Source: Raillietiella orientalis (Eukaryota). Taken from it: a stretch of 64,000 nt of DNA. Both the position numbers and the translations under genes were made by a program. The notes below the pieces were generated by a model. That model did not search any database and was not told the origin of the DNA. It was given only the letters and a program-made list of their open reading frames with translations. Shown here one piece after another: positions 13,200-29,300 of this stretch (positions are counted from its first letter, which is position 1; every line of letters begins with the position of its first letter). The stretch spans positions 806,001 through 870,000 of the forward strand of contig JAYWIR010000024.1 of assembly GCA_036172245.1 (NCBI GenBank). The letters run 5' to 3'.

Positions 13200-16135
13200 A
13201 GAAATCGCGAATGTGGTTCCTAAAGGGTTTGTGATCCAGCCGCGGAGTGGAACAATGAACACACAGTTGGGAAAGTTAGGAAGGACGCATCCTTCCTCCT
13301 GCAACACTTCCAGAACAAGGCAACGCCCATGCAACCTTCTTTTCAAGGGAAGGACTCGTCGCACTACAAACGAATACGAAAAGAAACGTAAGTGGCTGCA
13401 GGGGGGAAGCTCATCGCAGCACGTAAAGTCGAATCTTCCCACTCCTTAGGCATTCCATCCTGCAGACGATACCTTCCCTGTCATTCGTAGTGAATTGAGG
13501 CCATTTGCTGGCTGGACGCACCATCACCATTGCCAAACGTATGACCTCCCCTTCTTCCTACCGGTTTTTTCCGGTTTGCCGTGAACGAAGCCCAGTACGC
13601 TCAGCACCACAGACGTCGAGAGTGTGTGGGAGCAGCGAATGCTTCACGAGTTCGCGGTTGGGTGCGCGAGAGAGCTGTAGCTGGTCTCGACAGAAGGGCA
13701 TCACATTAAGCAAGAGGTGAGGGGTGAGGCGCTTCAGTCCTACCTCTCTTTATGTAGTCTCCCACGAGTCCCATCATGGCACCAATGACGTCACTCATCG
13801 CACAGGAATCCTCAGCGCAGAAACCGCTTGGTCCTGCATCGGAATGCAAGGAGTAGTACAAGGTGTTTGTGAAACCGACCGTTCTTTCAGGGGGAGCCTC
13901 GGAAAGACCTCCCAGTGCACTCTTCCCGGACTCGCTCACTCGAAATGGCTGCGTCCGCTGGTGACCCACCGACCATCCTCCTTGGAGTCTGGTCTCTCCT
14001 GCAATCATGGGAAGCAAGGCGTTTTCCTCATAGAAAAGCATCCCGAGCAAGAAAAAACAATGCTCTGCGTTACGCAATACTGGGCTTCCTGACACCCCCT
14101 TTTGAACATTTCCGTTTCGTACATGCTGCTCGATTGAATCTAGTCCCAGTACGAGCCACATCCATCAGAGACGCTCTCCATGACGTGTGCAGTTTGTCAA
14201 GATTCTTCAGAACGTTCTCAACCTCTACACAGTACCATAACTCTTAATGCATCAAATCGAAGACATGATGGGCTACCAAACAAGCTCAAAATGATGGTGA
14301 AGGGACACTGGTAGCTTCTTCGAGCCAACACATCCCTGCATCAGATTCCCAGATTCCTACCAAATCTAGTGCTGAAAGACATCCTACTCACCGTAGCCGT
14401 TTGAGAGTCATCCAGCGGTACTAGAAGACTTCAGAAAGAGGAAAGGTCTGACTCGACCGGTTTGGCTACTTCCAATAGGGTGCCATCCTCAATACGAGCC
14501 ATTATCCTAGGATCCTTCTGCATGTGGAATCTTGTCAATCATAAAGTATGAAAAGAACTAAAAATCACATAAAGGCTAGGCAAATACCTAACGAGTAAGA
14601 TTGACATTCACCTCTGTTTGTCACCCGGGTGCGCCAGGGCGTTTATTCCTAAACTATCCAAAAACAGAGTTCCCGGACAAAGGACACAGAAGAAACGAAG
14701 GGGGGGGGATCCCCGACACGCAGGTCGATATACCGAAAGTCCGGAACGGGAGGGAGGGGACCACAAAAACAAATATAAAAAATACAAATAAAGATATGGG
14801 GAGGGTATGGGACAGGGGTCCTCGGTTTGGCCATCCCTTTCCTTCAGAATCGGCTATGGATGCCGGTGATCTCGCTCCTAATGTCCTCTGGAAGATGGGC
14901 CTACTCGGCAGCCGACGCCATGTTCACGCCGGCTATTCCGGTGGCCTGACGACACATCGCCAGCTTCTCCAGCTCTCGGTGGACCTTATCGATGGCGCGG
15001 GTGCAACAGACCGTTGCGATGACAGCACCTAAAGACAGACCGCCTGGCGTGTAGAAGCGGCGCATCAAGTCTCTTGCAGTGTCCCCCTGATGCTGGAAAG
15101 CTGAGGCCAGCCTCCGCCACAGCCCTTGGAGGATACCGCAGTCCAAGAGCAGGTGCGGGAGCGTTTCTGCTTCTCCACACCTTTTGCAGTTCGGGGAGAC
15201 AACTCCCCCGGAAACACGGTTCGTCCGCTGGTTGGTGTGGAAACCCCAATGCACCAGCATGATGACGTCCTGTTTCCGAGTTAAAGGGAACACGGAAGTG
15301 TTCAAACAGGAGGGAGGGACCACAATTTCTTCGGGGGGCACACTCAAATGTTCGTTCCACCGGAGTCCCTTCGGGATTATGCGAGGCGTGGCGGCGTCTG
15401 CCAGCTCGCAAGTCCTCCAGCCGCCTATGGGTCGGGTTGCTCCTGAAATGGTGCAGGCGACCTCCCACCACGCCGGTAGGCAGCTATCATCTCTTGCCCT
15501 GAGGGCTGACAGCGCGTCGGCGGGGGGCGTGATGGCCAGGCGAATCCACTTCTCCTGGCTGTTCCAGACCTCATCCACCGTGCAGTACGGGGAGAGGTTG
15601 GAGCAACGGAGTTCCAAGAGCGAAACATCCTGTTGCTTTGCCCAGGCATGCAACGATTCCTGCCGCCAGACGTCAAAGTTCGTTGGGCGGCAAGAGATCC
15701 ATTCGTGGGCTACCAGGAGCCGGTACAGTGGTTTCATGGGGAAAACGAAGCTTCTCGTGGCGCGCTCCGTATGCGGCTGGAGCGACAGAAAGCCATCGCT
15801 GCCGGTGTAGCGCCGCAGGAGCAGGCTCGCGGGAGCACTACACGGAGTGGACCAAAGGTTGGCGCACAGGGCCAACATCCGAAGCTGCACGTGCAGCTCG
15901 GTTCTCTCCAGCGTCAGGATGCCCAATCCGGCATCCCGACGTGGAGCCGCCAAGTCTTCGACATTCACCTCTGTCGGAAATGTGTTGGAGCCACTGTACG
16001 CAAACAATCATCAAGAAGAAGATCGGAAGATAGGAAAAAGAACTAAAGCACGGTGACTACGGAAAATATCTCCTCCCCTCTCAGGCATTCTGTGTACCCT
16101 GCACCTGTACACATTAATAGCCAAATAAAAAAAAA
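13200..16135 (+). mobile_element. Older decayed poly(A)-tailed L1-clade element, interrupted by the insertion at 14618-15959
   Basis: Motif relics in expected ORF2 order: LGIP near 13445, LAGRTITIAK..Y (LS..GR motif) at 13505, RAIILGSFCMWNL near 14495. After the nested insertion there is AATAAA plus an A-run at 16124-16135. Confidence 0.5.
14618..15959 (-). mobile_element. 5'-truncated L1/Tx1-type LINE copy with an open ORF2 C-terminal frame (best preserved copy)
   Basis: EDLAAPRRDAGLGILTL (L..P...GGLG motif) through CKRCGEAETLPHLLLDC without stops. Perfect 15-bp TSD GACATTCACCTCTGT at 14603-14617 and 15960-15974. 3' end AATAAA-hairpin-GACAA. Confidence 0.92.
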
Positions 16136-18200
16136 GGCCTATTCTGCCGCTTGGCAACTGTCATTGCATTCCTATAAGATAGACAAAGTTGCTGTCAAGA
16201 GTAAGGCATAAATGTAGACCCACTTCCTGGAGTCCCGTATCATCTTCGTGAGGAAATTTCTCTCCCATTAGACGAAAGGGAAGAAACCCATCCAAAATGA
16301 TCTCCATAATTCAACCCCCGGTGTCCACGGCTTCCTGTTCCCACGTTGTTCTAGTTCGTAGGAAGACAGATCCAGCGATGCTTCTCCACCAGCAAGGTGT
16401 AGAAAGCACTCTGTCGTAGAGTTCAGTCTGGACTCAGTTCAGTTCCCTTCTGCGGACTGCACCCTCTTTGCCGTATTGCAAGTCTCTTTGCTTTGGAAAC
16501 AAAAAGAAAAAAGACGACGCGTTGGAGAAACGTGCTCACTGCTTGCGACTGTGCGTGTCCTAGCGAACGGAGCTGCTCCAAAGTGACCACCGTAGGAGGA
16601 GACTCACAGCGCACACTCTTCGCAGCCAACTCCACACCTCTGATTCCCAGTTGTGTGCCGACCTCGGCAATCTTGCGGGAGAGAAGCAGGTACCAACGTC
16701 TCATCGAGATGCACTTGAGAGCAGCCACAGTGGCGATCGATCGATTACTAAAAATTAGCTTTTCCCATCCTTTCGTTTAATTGGTGTCTTTTCGGGGTGC
16801 GCGTTCGCTACAGGGAAGGAAAACTAATGCTGTAAAGACGTGCTACAGAGGCGGATGAATTTCCATCGTTTCGTGAAGTACTCTGAGAACTATAAAAAGA
16901 GTGCAATTTGTGCTCCCCGATCCTAACCTAATTGAGGAAAGCAAATTGAGGATTGAAGACTCGAATGAATCTAAAACTTCGATAAAATTGAAGACGAAGT
17001 GATAACCAGGGTTTTGTGTAGGCTCTTTCGATTCCCCCTCTATCAATTTGTTTCATTTTCCTGGGGGCAATTGCTGTTTAATGGAAGGAACTAATGCTTC
17101 TCTTTCGCTCATTTTCCATTGAGTCCATCCCACCACTGACAACTCGAGTACATGTGCCTACCTAATAGTTGGAGTCTTGAAATGGAGAAGAAAGGTAAAA
17201 TAAAGCTGAGATTAAGATTTGTAGATGAAGTCAAATAAAACTTAGATTGGTATCAGTCGGCTATAATTGTACTTCACATTGTTGTTATAAAAAATTGAAA
17301 AACTCAAACAAACAGGATTATATGCTTCTTTAAAAGTCACGAAACTTTCAAGGGTCTCGATTTCTTTTGAAATTTGTTTGCAGTATGATTTCTTAATGAT
17401 TCAATTTATGGATTTTCTGTTTTATGAAATGCCGGTGTTTTAAACTTGTTACATAACGTATTTATAAAAATTATATTTCAGTCTGTTACTTTATGAGAAA
17501 TTAAAATATAAAGGATTATCATGTGTGTTAAAGTTATAGAGTTAATGTTTTTTTTTTTTTGACAAACAAATTTGTTTGCAGCAACAATTACAATTTGAAG
17601 TCTGAAGGTGCTTGGCAAACGTGTGTACAGGGATGTGTGTGATGGTTTTTGAAATTAAGGGTTGTCATGTAAGGATTGTCATAAAATACCATTGCGACCA
17701 TAATAACGTTGACAACGTTACCACGAAGAGCTTGAGAATGAAAAACGAGTTATCGAGATGGAATGATGCTGTTTGTAGGTTAGTTGACTGAAATCTTTGT
17801 TTGCATCAGAGTTTTCATGAGAATTGTTAATTTTGTATCATCCTTAAACTTGTGAATTAGATTTTCGAATCAGGTAAAATAGCAGTACATTGTTTTAAGG
17901 AAGTGGCCTTAAAACTGAACTTTCGTGAGTTTGCGAAGTGATATGCATGCTAAATGCGGTTGGTAGCTCTCACATACGGTTTTGCCAATTCATGTTCCAG
18001 TTTTTTCCAAATAAAATGTATATTAATGCCAAATTTTAGTATGTGGTTATTTTAAATGTCAGAAGCTTAGGTGGTTTGATTACAAAGCAGCTTAGTTTGA
18101 AGTAAATATTTCAAACATTGGCTTTTTCCTAAAAATGAATGCTTGTATGTGAATCGGAAACGACCTTATTTGCTTGTGAATTGAAGTGCAGAGTGTGATA

Positions 18201-20296
<2,096 letters not shown>

Positions 20297-23200
20297 AGTG
20301 ATATGCAAAAATAGAGTGCTGAAAAAAAATTATGTATCCTACCCAAACGCTGCACAATATTTGACAGTGATTTTTTTTATTCTTAAATTATATAGACATA
20401 TTCTCAATTCAATCAATTCATTTCAATTGTTTTCGTCACAAGAATCAACATATGAACTGTAGCAACACATAGGAGCAAGTTTTCATGTCAGTGGATCGTC
20501 ACAAGTAATGTACAAACTTTGGGACCAAGAAACACGCGTTCTGCTAGACACATTACTGCGCCATTGCTTTACGAAAACACTTGCTTGCGTGTGCTGTCTT
20601 CACAGACATGCATCATAATTTGTTACAGGGATGGATCGTTATCGCATTCTTTATATCAGTTCCACTTCAGAATTCTTGCTCCTATTGGAGCCTGCAATCT
20701 TGGCCGGTCTACAAACTCGAACGTGAGCCTGCGAAGTACTATATGGAAAAAGTTATCAGCAAAGATCCAGAGCCGTTCACGTGAAATTTCAATATATTAC
20801 TGTGAAACAACAAATTTCAGCGCTGCAGTCACAAGATGTAAAACTACGAGTCACCCCGCGACCGCCGTTTCGAAGTGCACAAACATTTTTGCGTTTTGCA
20901 TTCTCGAAATCAGCCGTGGTCGACTCAGCTCCTGAAACCAATCTTTTTTTCGAATCAGTGCAATTACGATACTCAGCTTACACAATTGGCTCCGGGAACA
21001 GAGTCCCAGAATTCCAGATCGGAAGACACGGTCCTACCAAGCGTTTTATTTTGTTGCTGTCTGGACACTGATTTAATAATACGATCGAGTTCTGCCTAAG
21101 TTCAGTGCTTAATCATTAATACAGTTGAAATATCTTCCATATTTAAGTGGGAAAATTAATCAAAATTCATATAAAGGTTGTCGTAGTAAAATCTCATCTA
21201 AGTGAACGTCTATGAATAAATACTTTCGTTTTAATTATATTTCTAGAAATCCATCTGATAATCTTTCTTTAAAAGCAAATTCACAAAAACCTTTTTTTTT
21301 CCTGAAGACGAAACAAATGATGAGTCATATTTTTGCCTTGATTTGGATGGTTATAGTTAGATTTTAAAAAAGTTTTGTTTGTAGAAAACAAATCTATACA
21401 AGTGTTTCTATCCACAGTTGGTACTGCAGAGAAAAGTTGTTTTTTATTTCTGATCTAACTTACTGTGATTTTTAAATCCATTTCCGCCTCAGGTGTTTGA
21501 AAACATTAAAGATCGTTGCCACCTACCAGAAACATACATATTATCAACGAGACAATACCAAAGTAACCAGGAAAGTTAAAACTACTGACACGTGATTTTG
21601 CTTGTGATATAAAATAAAAGGATAATTTTCCTCAAAGTAATGGCAGACGAACAAAAATCTCAATTATCTACAAAGACTCTGTAACAACATATTTTTAACC
21701 ATCTCATTACATTTGCAAAGTATTCACTATGTATATTTTGACAAAAGACTGATTACAATCTAATAAGAACACATTTTTCCTTATTAAATCAGTACTTATT
21801 AAATTAATAAGTACACATCAGTCATTCAACATCGCAACAGCTACTTGCATTGCTGTGTAATCAGCTATTGATAAGGAAGTCTTTTATGAAACAACGCGGA
21901 ATATATAGGCAAATAATATTGTAAATTTTGCTGTGTGAAAGCGTGCATTCTTTCATTTCAGAAAATGAACAGAATCCACACAACTACTTAGGACGAATGG
22001 GGAAAGCGAAGGGATCTCTTCAAAATTTCAGAATGATAACTGATACTTTTTGTGCTCAAAATAGTGTCCACTTTGATCTAAGAATAAAAACATGCTAATA
22101 ATTCCTATTTTTGCTTTCTAATTCAAGATGTGGAAAAACCACGAGGGTTATGGAGATTTTTGTATATGCAAGTAGTAAAATGAAAATGTCATCTGTATGA
22201 ATTTTTAGGTAAGTTGTAAAGAAAAAGAAAAAAAGACATGCAAATTTATCTTCCAAATATTCCACTCTTGTTAGTGAGATTTTTAATATCACATGGGATT
22301 TTTAAAGAAATGTTTTGAGGAATTGATGCAATCTTTGTACACTGCTACTTTTTTGAGAGTCAGGCTGGAGTCAACTTGTAATTCGATATTTTCAGATGAA
22401 GTTTGCCTGTCGGAAATAATTTCAGCTGCTCACATACCCTATGTATATGAGGAAATTTAAGTGAAATAGGTAATGACACGATAACATTTTCATCTTAAGG
22501 ATTCTTCTGCCTCTGAGTTGTTCGTTGCGTCCAGCGGCGTTGTGTTTCTACTAATTTTCCATAGTCTGAGAGACTTTCAGAAAGTGGCAACTCTCCATAA
22601 ACATTTTTGTGCTCGGAATTCACAGCTTTAAACAAAGCTCACATAGGGAGATTTTTTTCCAAAATGGTAACCGCTCATGTCTTAAACCTATCGATTCATG
22701 TTACTGCAATGCATCGAGTTTCAAATTTCCTAGATTCTAATCTGCGATGATAATTCTGTTTTCAATATCGTCTTTAGTTCATTCCATGTTTTTAATAATT
22801 TAAATTTTAGCATTTTAAAGCACACTTCGCAGCTGGTGCTTTCTTACCGGATTTCCATTTTTTTTCTTTGTGTTGCTACGGCTGCTTCCCTTTTCCCTGA
22901 TCAGTTCTCTGATCGAAAACGAAGTGCAAAAAATGATGAACCTGTTATCTGAATTCTTGGGAATCTGTTGCTATTCTCCAATCCCGCAAACGCTTTCTTC
23001 TTCTTCAAAATACAACCCCAACCTTTTTTGCTTCTACAGAGAAAGGAAATCCTTTTTCTTTTGCTGACCTCCCAAAGTAGCAAACTACATGGAAAATGTA
23101 TTTGCATGCTACCACGTTACGTATGCCAGGTGTACATATAGTCAGTCATACCACCAAGTGAAACGCCGCCAGCTTTCGGGAATCGATGGTACCTCTGCTC

Positions 23201-23399
23201 TGCACTATGACATGTGAACGTGGAGGATGCGATTTCCCAGATGCTCTCGACGATAGCACCCATCGTTGTCTGGATGATACCTCGTTTACAGTTGACCTTT
23301 ATTGTGCGTTCAAACGATAGGGGAACTTTCCACAGTTTTCGCTATCTTGTTGTCCTACCGAAGACTAGCTGACGGTTCATTTTGGCTGGTGACGCAAGA

Positions 23400-23800
23400 G
23401 GTGTCTCAATGAATGTCCCGGTTAGATGCAGAATATAGGCTCCTGATAGAAGGAATCGTGACGTTCCTTCATCAGGATGCATCCAGATCGGGGGAAAGCC
23501 ACGACCTCATTTGGACAAAGATCATGCGTCCAGCGACTTCCTGTATACCAGGAATCACCTGTGATTCTTTGACTGCCATATATGCTGCTCCAGGAGTCTC
23601 CATCTACTACCCATGCAAGCAGAGACCCCCCAAAAAGCAGTGTGAGCCGAATGTGTAGAAGTGCCCGATGTGAAAGTGTCTTTGAAAGACGGAATTCCAA
23701 CTTCATTATTAAGAGGTTTGATTATCTGGTCAATCTAAAAAAAGGAGCAGTGCAAGGAAAATAGGAGCTGAAGACCTCAAACCAACCTCTGGATACGACC
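23400..23800 (+). mobile_element. Possible decayed APE-type endonuclease of a LINE
   Basis: SLTAIYAAP (resembles N/I-YAP) followed by a GDFN-like relic near 23690; weak. Confidence 0.3.
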
Positions 23801-25525
23801 TGTGAGTCCCGAGCGGTGCTTCAGGCTGAAGTCGACTTACAGTAGATGTTGCCTTTGTTAATAGGACGGAGAAGCAGCACTGGAAGAAGCGAGGCGAAGG
23901 TAGTAGGCCAAGCGTCCCTTCTTGTTTGCCAACAGAAGAGCACTGGCTTCGTCAAGAGATTGGTGGTGAAATCCCTGGCAGCCTGAGACCCAACAAAGGC
24001 GAAGTGCTAGGAGAAACTGGGAATCTTCAGATCCAGAAATGCATATGCGCAAACATGAAGAGGATGGTATGCCTTGTGAACGTAGAGGATGATTGTGAAT
24101 CTCCTGTGGTCGCCGGGCGAGCACCCTCCGTTGCCCTGACGACTCCTGGGCGAGGTTCCATTCTGGACCACGGGACTTCAAGCGCAGCCGCTGTCATTGT
24201 GCGAATCCGCAGCTCAGCTTTCCGAAGATTCGTGACCAATGTATGTGCGAGATCTTTTGCCCGTCCTCATGGAAGAAAGCTTTTTGAGCAGCAAGCCATG
24301 TCCAGTCAGTCAGTTTCATCCAGGGCCGGTCCGCTTCCCAGGACATTTCTCCAACCGATCTCGTTCTTCTCAAGGAGCGAGACGCCCACGAGAGGATGCC
24401 GTCGGAACCGCTAGAATCCGGTGCTTTCTGCCGAGTCGCTCCATTGTATCCATGGATTCTGTCCCGGCCCCTGTCTCTCCGATGGAGAGGTGATCGATCC
24501 TGCGGTCTTGAATCCCCTCGGAATAGACACTTTCCTGCGGCTGGTGGCCGTTCGAAACCTCCCCGCATCCGGAAGTGGCTGGGACCTCCCTGGAAAATGA
24601 AATGCCGCTTCCTGCATGGTCTGCCGGAAGCGTGCAGTGGTTTCGGTTACCTCTTGCGCGATTCGCCATCATGTTGCGCGCGCACACAGCTGGTGTCTGC
24701 AGTCTCACGGCAAGTCAAAGTTTCGGATCGGGAAGCTGGGCACCTTCCCTTATTCACTAAAATGGAGCGTCACTGCTTTTGGATGCACGAACGTCAAGGT
24801 TGCGATGCCTTCGGGGCATCGACTTTTCCTCCAAGTGCTCAGCCCGGTCTTGGTGGTGCGGCACCCCAACTGTTTCTTCTGAATTTTGCTTCTCCCGAGC
24901 CACACGATTTTGTTCCAGAAGACCAAAGTGCTCTCAGGCGCACATTTAGTAGCTTCGTGAATGGAAGAACCGAGCTCACAGGAGAGAAGATGTAGCGCCT
25001 TAGTGATTAGCAGACAGGACTCCTGTCCTTTTCCGACCCTGCGAAAAATCGCACAGGGATCGAGTCAAGACTCCAAGACAGCACCGATCCTGTAGTAACT
25101 TTGCATACGTAATGAGCACTAGCATATGTATTCCATATTTTCGTGTTTTGCAAAATAATTGCCAGAAAAAAAAAAGAGAGGGATGCTCCGACGGAAGAAG
25201 ATTCTACACCAATTCCATGCTTTCCCGAAAGTCCCGCTAAGCTGACCGCACAGTGCCGGTCCGTCGTCATAGCGGAATGCTTTTTTTGTCTTGCTCAGAC
25301 GATGTTGGATCTGTACATTGCATAACAGCATGACACTTGCCGAGGACGGAAAGATATCTTACCAAACGTTACGTCGAGGGAGAAAGCTAGGAAGCTGAAT
25401 TCACGTCATCTATCGTTGTATCACGTTTGCCGTGCATGAGAAGGAAGAGCAGATTATTTTCGCTCAAATTTGCCACTAGCTTGATCTGATTATTGAGTAG
25501 CTCTTTCTGATACTATGATGGAGAA

Positions 25526-25552
<27 letters not shown>
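25526..25552. repeat. (AC)13 microsatellite
   Basis: Direct read of the uninterrupted ACAC run. Confidence 0.95.
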
Positions 25553-25556
<4 letters not shown>

Positions 25557-26499
25557 AAATGCCTTCTTAGAGAGGTTACCGTCAAACCACCCACAATTTT
25601 CCGCGAGGAATGACCTTTGCAGAACATGGTTGAATTTTGCGACGTTACCAATGACGTTTCCTGGTCAGATTTCCACACCGTCTTCCTGCTATGTAGCAAC
25701 CGTTTAGCTGCAAAGATGCAATTGAGTGGGAAAGCTGGGCGCCTGCTTGCCGATGATCTAGAACGAAGGAGAATTGTGAACCTAAGCAATAAATTCACAA
25801 TCCTCGGGGTAATTATGCCAAGGATGAAAAAAAAAAAAAAAAATTGGTCAGCAATACGTGGAGGTTAAGATACTGAATTTAAAGGGAAGGATTTCGCGCA
25901 TGTATTTCAGATAATCGCAGCTCTCAGTTCGCGCTTCTTTTCCAGAGATCCTTAATCATCTGCGCATCGTGGCAGAAAGTGGAATCTGTTTCATACAAAA
26001 AGTCGCAGCACATTACCGCGCAGCAAATCAACCAACTCGAAGTAGTCCCTATTTTCACTTTCATAGGCGAGCTCAAAGCGCGCCAAAGAACACACTGCAG
26101 ACCAAAGGCTTGAGCTCATCATCAGGGCAAGGCAAACCTTCTGGAGCACCCTGCTGGAGGCGCTTTTTTTTTGGATTGCCTTTTGCTCTTTCCGTTATTT
26201 CTACCCTGTTTAAGTAAAAATGATGCATGTGCTTCCACAAGGGTTGACCAATTTTTTCAGTTCCTTTTTGGAGTTGCAGTGGACTCCACTCATTTTCCGA
26301 AAGAGCGTGCTATTGAAAAATGTGTTCTTTAAAATAAGCCAGCAAACGAATGCCCCCCACAGGAAGGCTCCCCTGAGTGTTTTTCAGTAACAGCTTTTGG
26401 TTCTCTATCTTAAGATTGCAGATCCAGCATTAGAATTCCGTTAGATTTATTTTTTCTTAACGAATTATTTTTTCCCCTTCAATGCAAGTGGCTGAAACC

Positions 26500-29300
26500 T
26501 GCAATCAGCAACGACACCCACAGTTTATGTCAACGACAAGCAATCAGCCTTCCAAATTAGGGAAATAATTGGGAATGTGTACTTTTGAGGTGATAAGCAG
26601 TGATGTTCCATAAAATCAGTTTAAGCTGCGATGCAAACAAAGTTGCTATCTGCAGAACTGCAAACAAGAGAGTTCTCAGCTCGAAAAACATTGCCTCAGC
26701 TTTTGGCATCCTCGGAATGATCTTGGAAGACGCAAATTCTTGTTGTGATCAATCTAAAAGCAGCTTGCTGATCAGATGCGTTGAAAGAAACCATAGGAAG
26801 CCGTCTCAGGATTTTCCTCTTCAACGGATCCATCTCCAAGAGGATCAGCTAAAGGGGGATGAGCTGTCGATTACTACTGGGATTAAAATTACGCGGAATA
26901 AAATTACTATACAGTGATAGAATTATGTAGAATTCTCATCTAGGAACTGACTTTAGTTGAATTATCGAGCAAGGATAGTATTTACGACCATTCCGTATTT
27001 CCGTGCGAGTATCCACCCATATTTCTGCACAGAACACTAAAGGGTGTGTGCACGGCGTACCCTTTAGTGACTCCAGATATCACATCCACTTGTCCTCCTC
27101 ATACCGCATGCATTCATCCTCATGCTGAGTAGGTTCGTTAGATTTTTACGTTTCATTAATGCTGATGGGAGAATCTGTGTGAGTTCAGCCCTTTCAAAAA
27201 GATGCTGATAAAGTTCCCCCAAGAGAAACCAATGCAAGGAAGGCGTCATCAAAAACCCACCAGAACACATAGAGTACAATTTGCGTGCTGTCATATTTAC
27301 AAGGAGCACGCACGTTGCATGAAGGAAAGCAGGCACCACGAATGTAAGTAAACTCTGGTAGGAGAATCCTTTCCTGTGCAATTCAGAGGCATTCGAACCG
27401 CAGAGAATTCCTTGCGGACTGCTCAATCCACAAATACGGACATGGTACTTATTACTTGACCGTTTCTGTATTTTCCATTCTTAATTCATGGCAGTACCGT
27501 CCTAATTAATGCATTTGCAAATGCTTATGCCTTGAGGCATTCCAGAGGGGAGCGGTTCGATGTCTGTCGCCCACTGTGCTTCCCTGTGACCTTGAGGGTT
27601 TGAAGATGAAGCTCACATTTCCAGTTAGGGTGTTCTGTGTGGGGGATCTTTCATTCTTCTTCCCATTTTAGGCCTCGTTCATCTAGTTTCATTTGCCCTG
27701 ATTTCTTAAGGGGACCCTCTGATTAACAGTTTTCGCGTCCACGGTTACTCTATGGTGGATAATCAAAGAGTTCAAAACTCTTGCACAGAGCGGAGCCAAT
27801 TTGTTTCAGCTGCAAATCCCGTTTAGGATCTGACATCAGGAACAAATTCGTGCTTTGTCCTTGTTTTGAACTACTCTTTTCTCCAATATGACACTTCAAT
27901 GCATTACAGTACCATTGCGATCCTTCGTGATCCCCCCCTTTTCTCTAGACAGCATCACTTCATTTAAAATTCGAGGTACGAGCTGAAAAGACATGAAATC
28001 CACGATTTTCGCGTGTGGGATAGTTGCAGTTCCACACCTCGACTCATTTATTTTCAAGGATCGGGAATGGAACTGAGCATGGAATTTTTTCTTCAGCGTT
28101 TTCACTTTAGCAAGATTCTTCCTCGCAACCGCAAGAGCCTTACACCAAACCGTTCTTCGGATTCCCTTCGAAGACTCAGGTGCTGAAAACTCAGACGTTG
28201 TGTGTGTTTATGTGCGTACTGCAGCATCCACGGCACGTTGGTATGACGTAAAGCATGTGGCATGCCACCCTTGGACGGATTTCTCCATGCATGCCCACGT
28301 CACTCCATATTCTCGTCCGTTTCAAGGTTGATAAATCCGCGGTATGTGGTTTGTGATGAGGGGAGACTCAAATGATGGGCTGTTTGTTCACTCAAAGGAG
28401 TTCTTCGTTCGACTCAAACGGCTCAAACTGCTCCAAATAATTCCACAGTTTACAGAGGGTTGCGCCTGAGAGGAGCAGCAGCTCTGGTGACTTCGTTTCA
28501 TTTAATAAACCAGCAAAAAAAAAAAAAAAAAAAGGAAAAAAAAAGACCCACAGAATTTATGATTTAAATCTCTCACAGGAAAAATCTATTGGAACGGGCG
28601 TTTCATTCAATGTAGCGCCTGCGAGCAAATTCTGAACTGTCGACCTGAGATTCTGCATCCGTTTCCAGATGCCATTGCACGCGTCAAGCATGAGTCAGTG
28701 GCCTGAATTCTATAGCAAAGCCCTTTTCCACTGCACATGAATATCGGATTTCAAATTGTCTTCTCGGTTAGTTTGTTAGCTGTCTGGAAGAGTTCATTTT
28801 GCTCACCAGCTGCAGCTTCATAGATCTACAATTGTGCAATCGCCTTGAATCCTTCTTGAATTCTGTTCCTGATAGTCTTTCACCATAGCTTGTGGTTTGC
28901 GTAAAGACCATCTGTTCGTAAGACGGGGATCTGAGTGCAGTCTCCTCAACCATCCGAGATTTTCATCCACAATGCTTTCATACTTGGAAAGTCTGAAAAT
29001 CTCCAGATTCTTCACGGACAACTTGAAACGTTTTTTCTTTTCATCCTCTAATGCGTTGCTGAAACTAGTTCTGTTTAAATTCTGGTCATCACGCAGTCCT
29101 GGTGCACAACAGCTCACGAGGAGAGCCGGCAGCATCTGAATTGAAATCCGTTGCGTGCACTTTATCGGAGAGATCAGTTGGAGTCGCATGTTTTCTTCGG
29201 TACAGAGCGAAAATGAAGGCTGCTTATTACAAAAAGATTCAATCCTCCATCTAACTCAATATACGTGCTCATGTCAAATCTTTTAAAGCACTGATCATGG
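26500..29300 (-). mobile_element. Decayed L1-clade ORF2 relic(s): endonuclease near 28800-29300, RT near 26500-27450
   Basis: LDGGLNL (GGDFN-like) and WLRRLHSDPRLT (D.WR..HP..YT-like), then ILPSALMKRKNLTNLLSMRM (RPI.L+N..KI..L..R-like), in EN then RT order on the minus strand. Confidence 0.4.

Noticed and set aside
22240..22650. Coding-looking minus-strand segments in the AT-rich island
   Set aside because: Could not assemble an open spliced frame or recognise a family.
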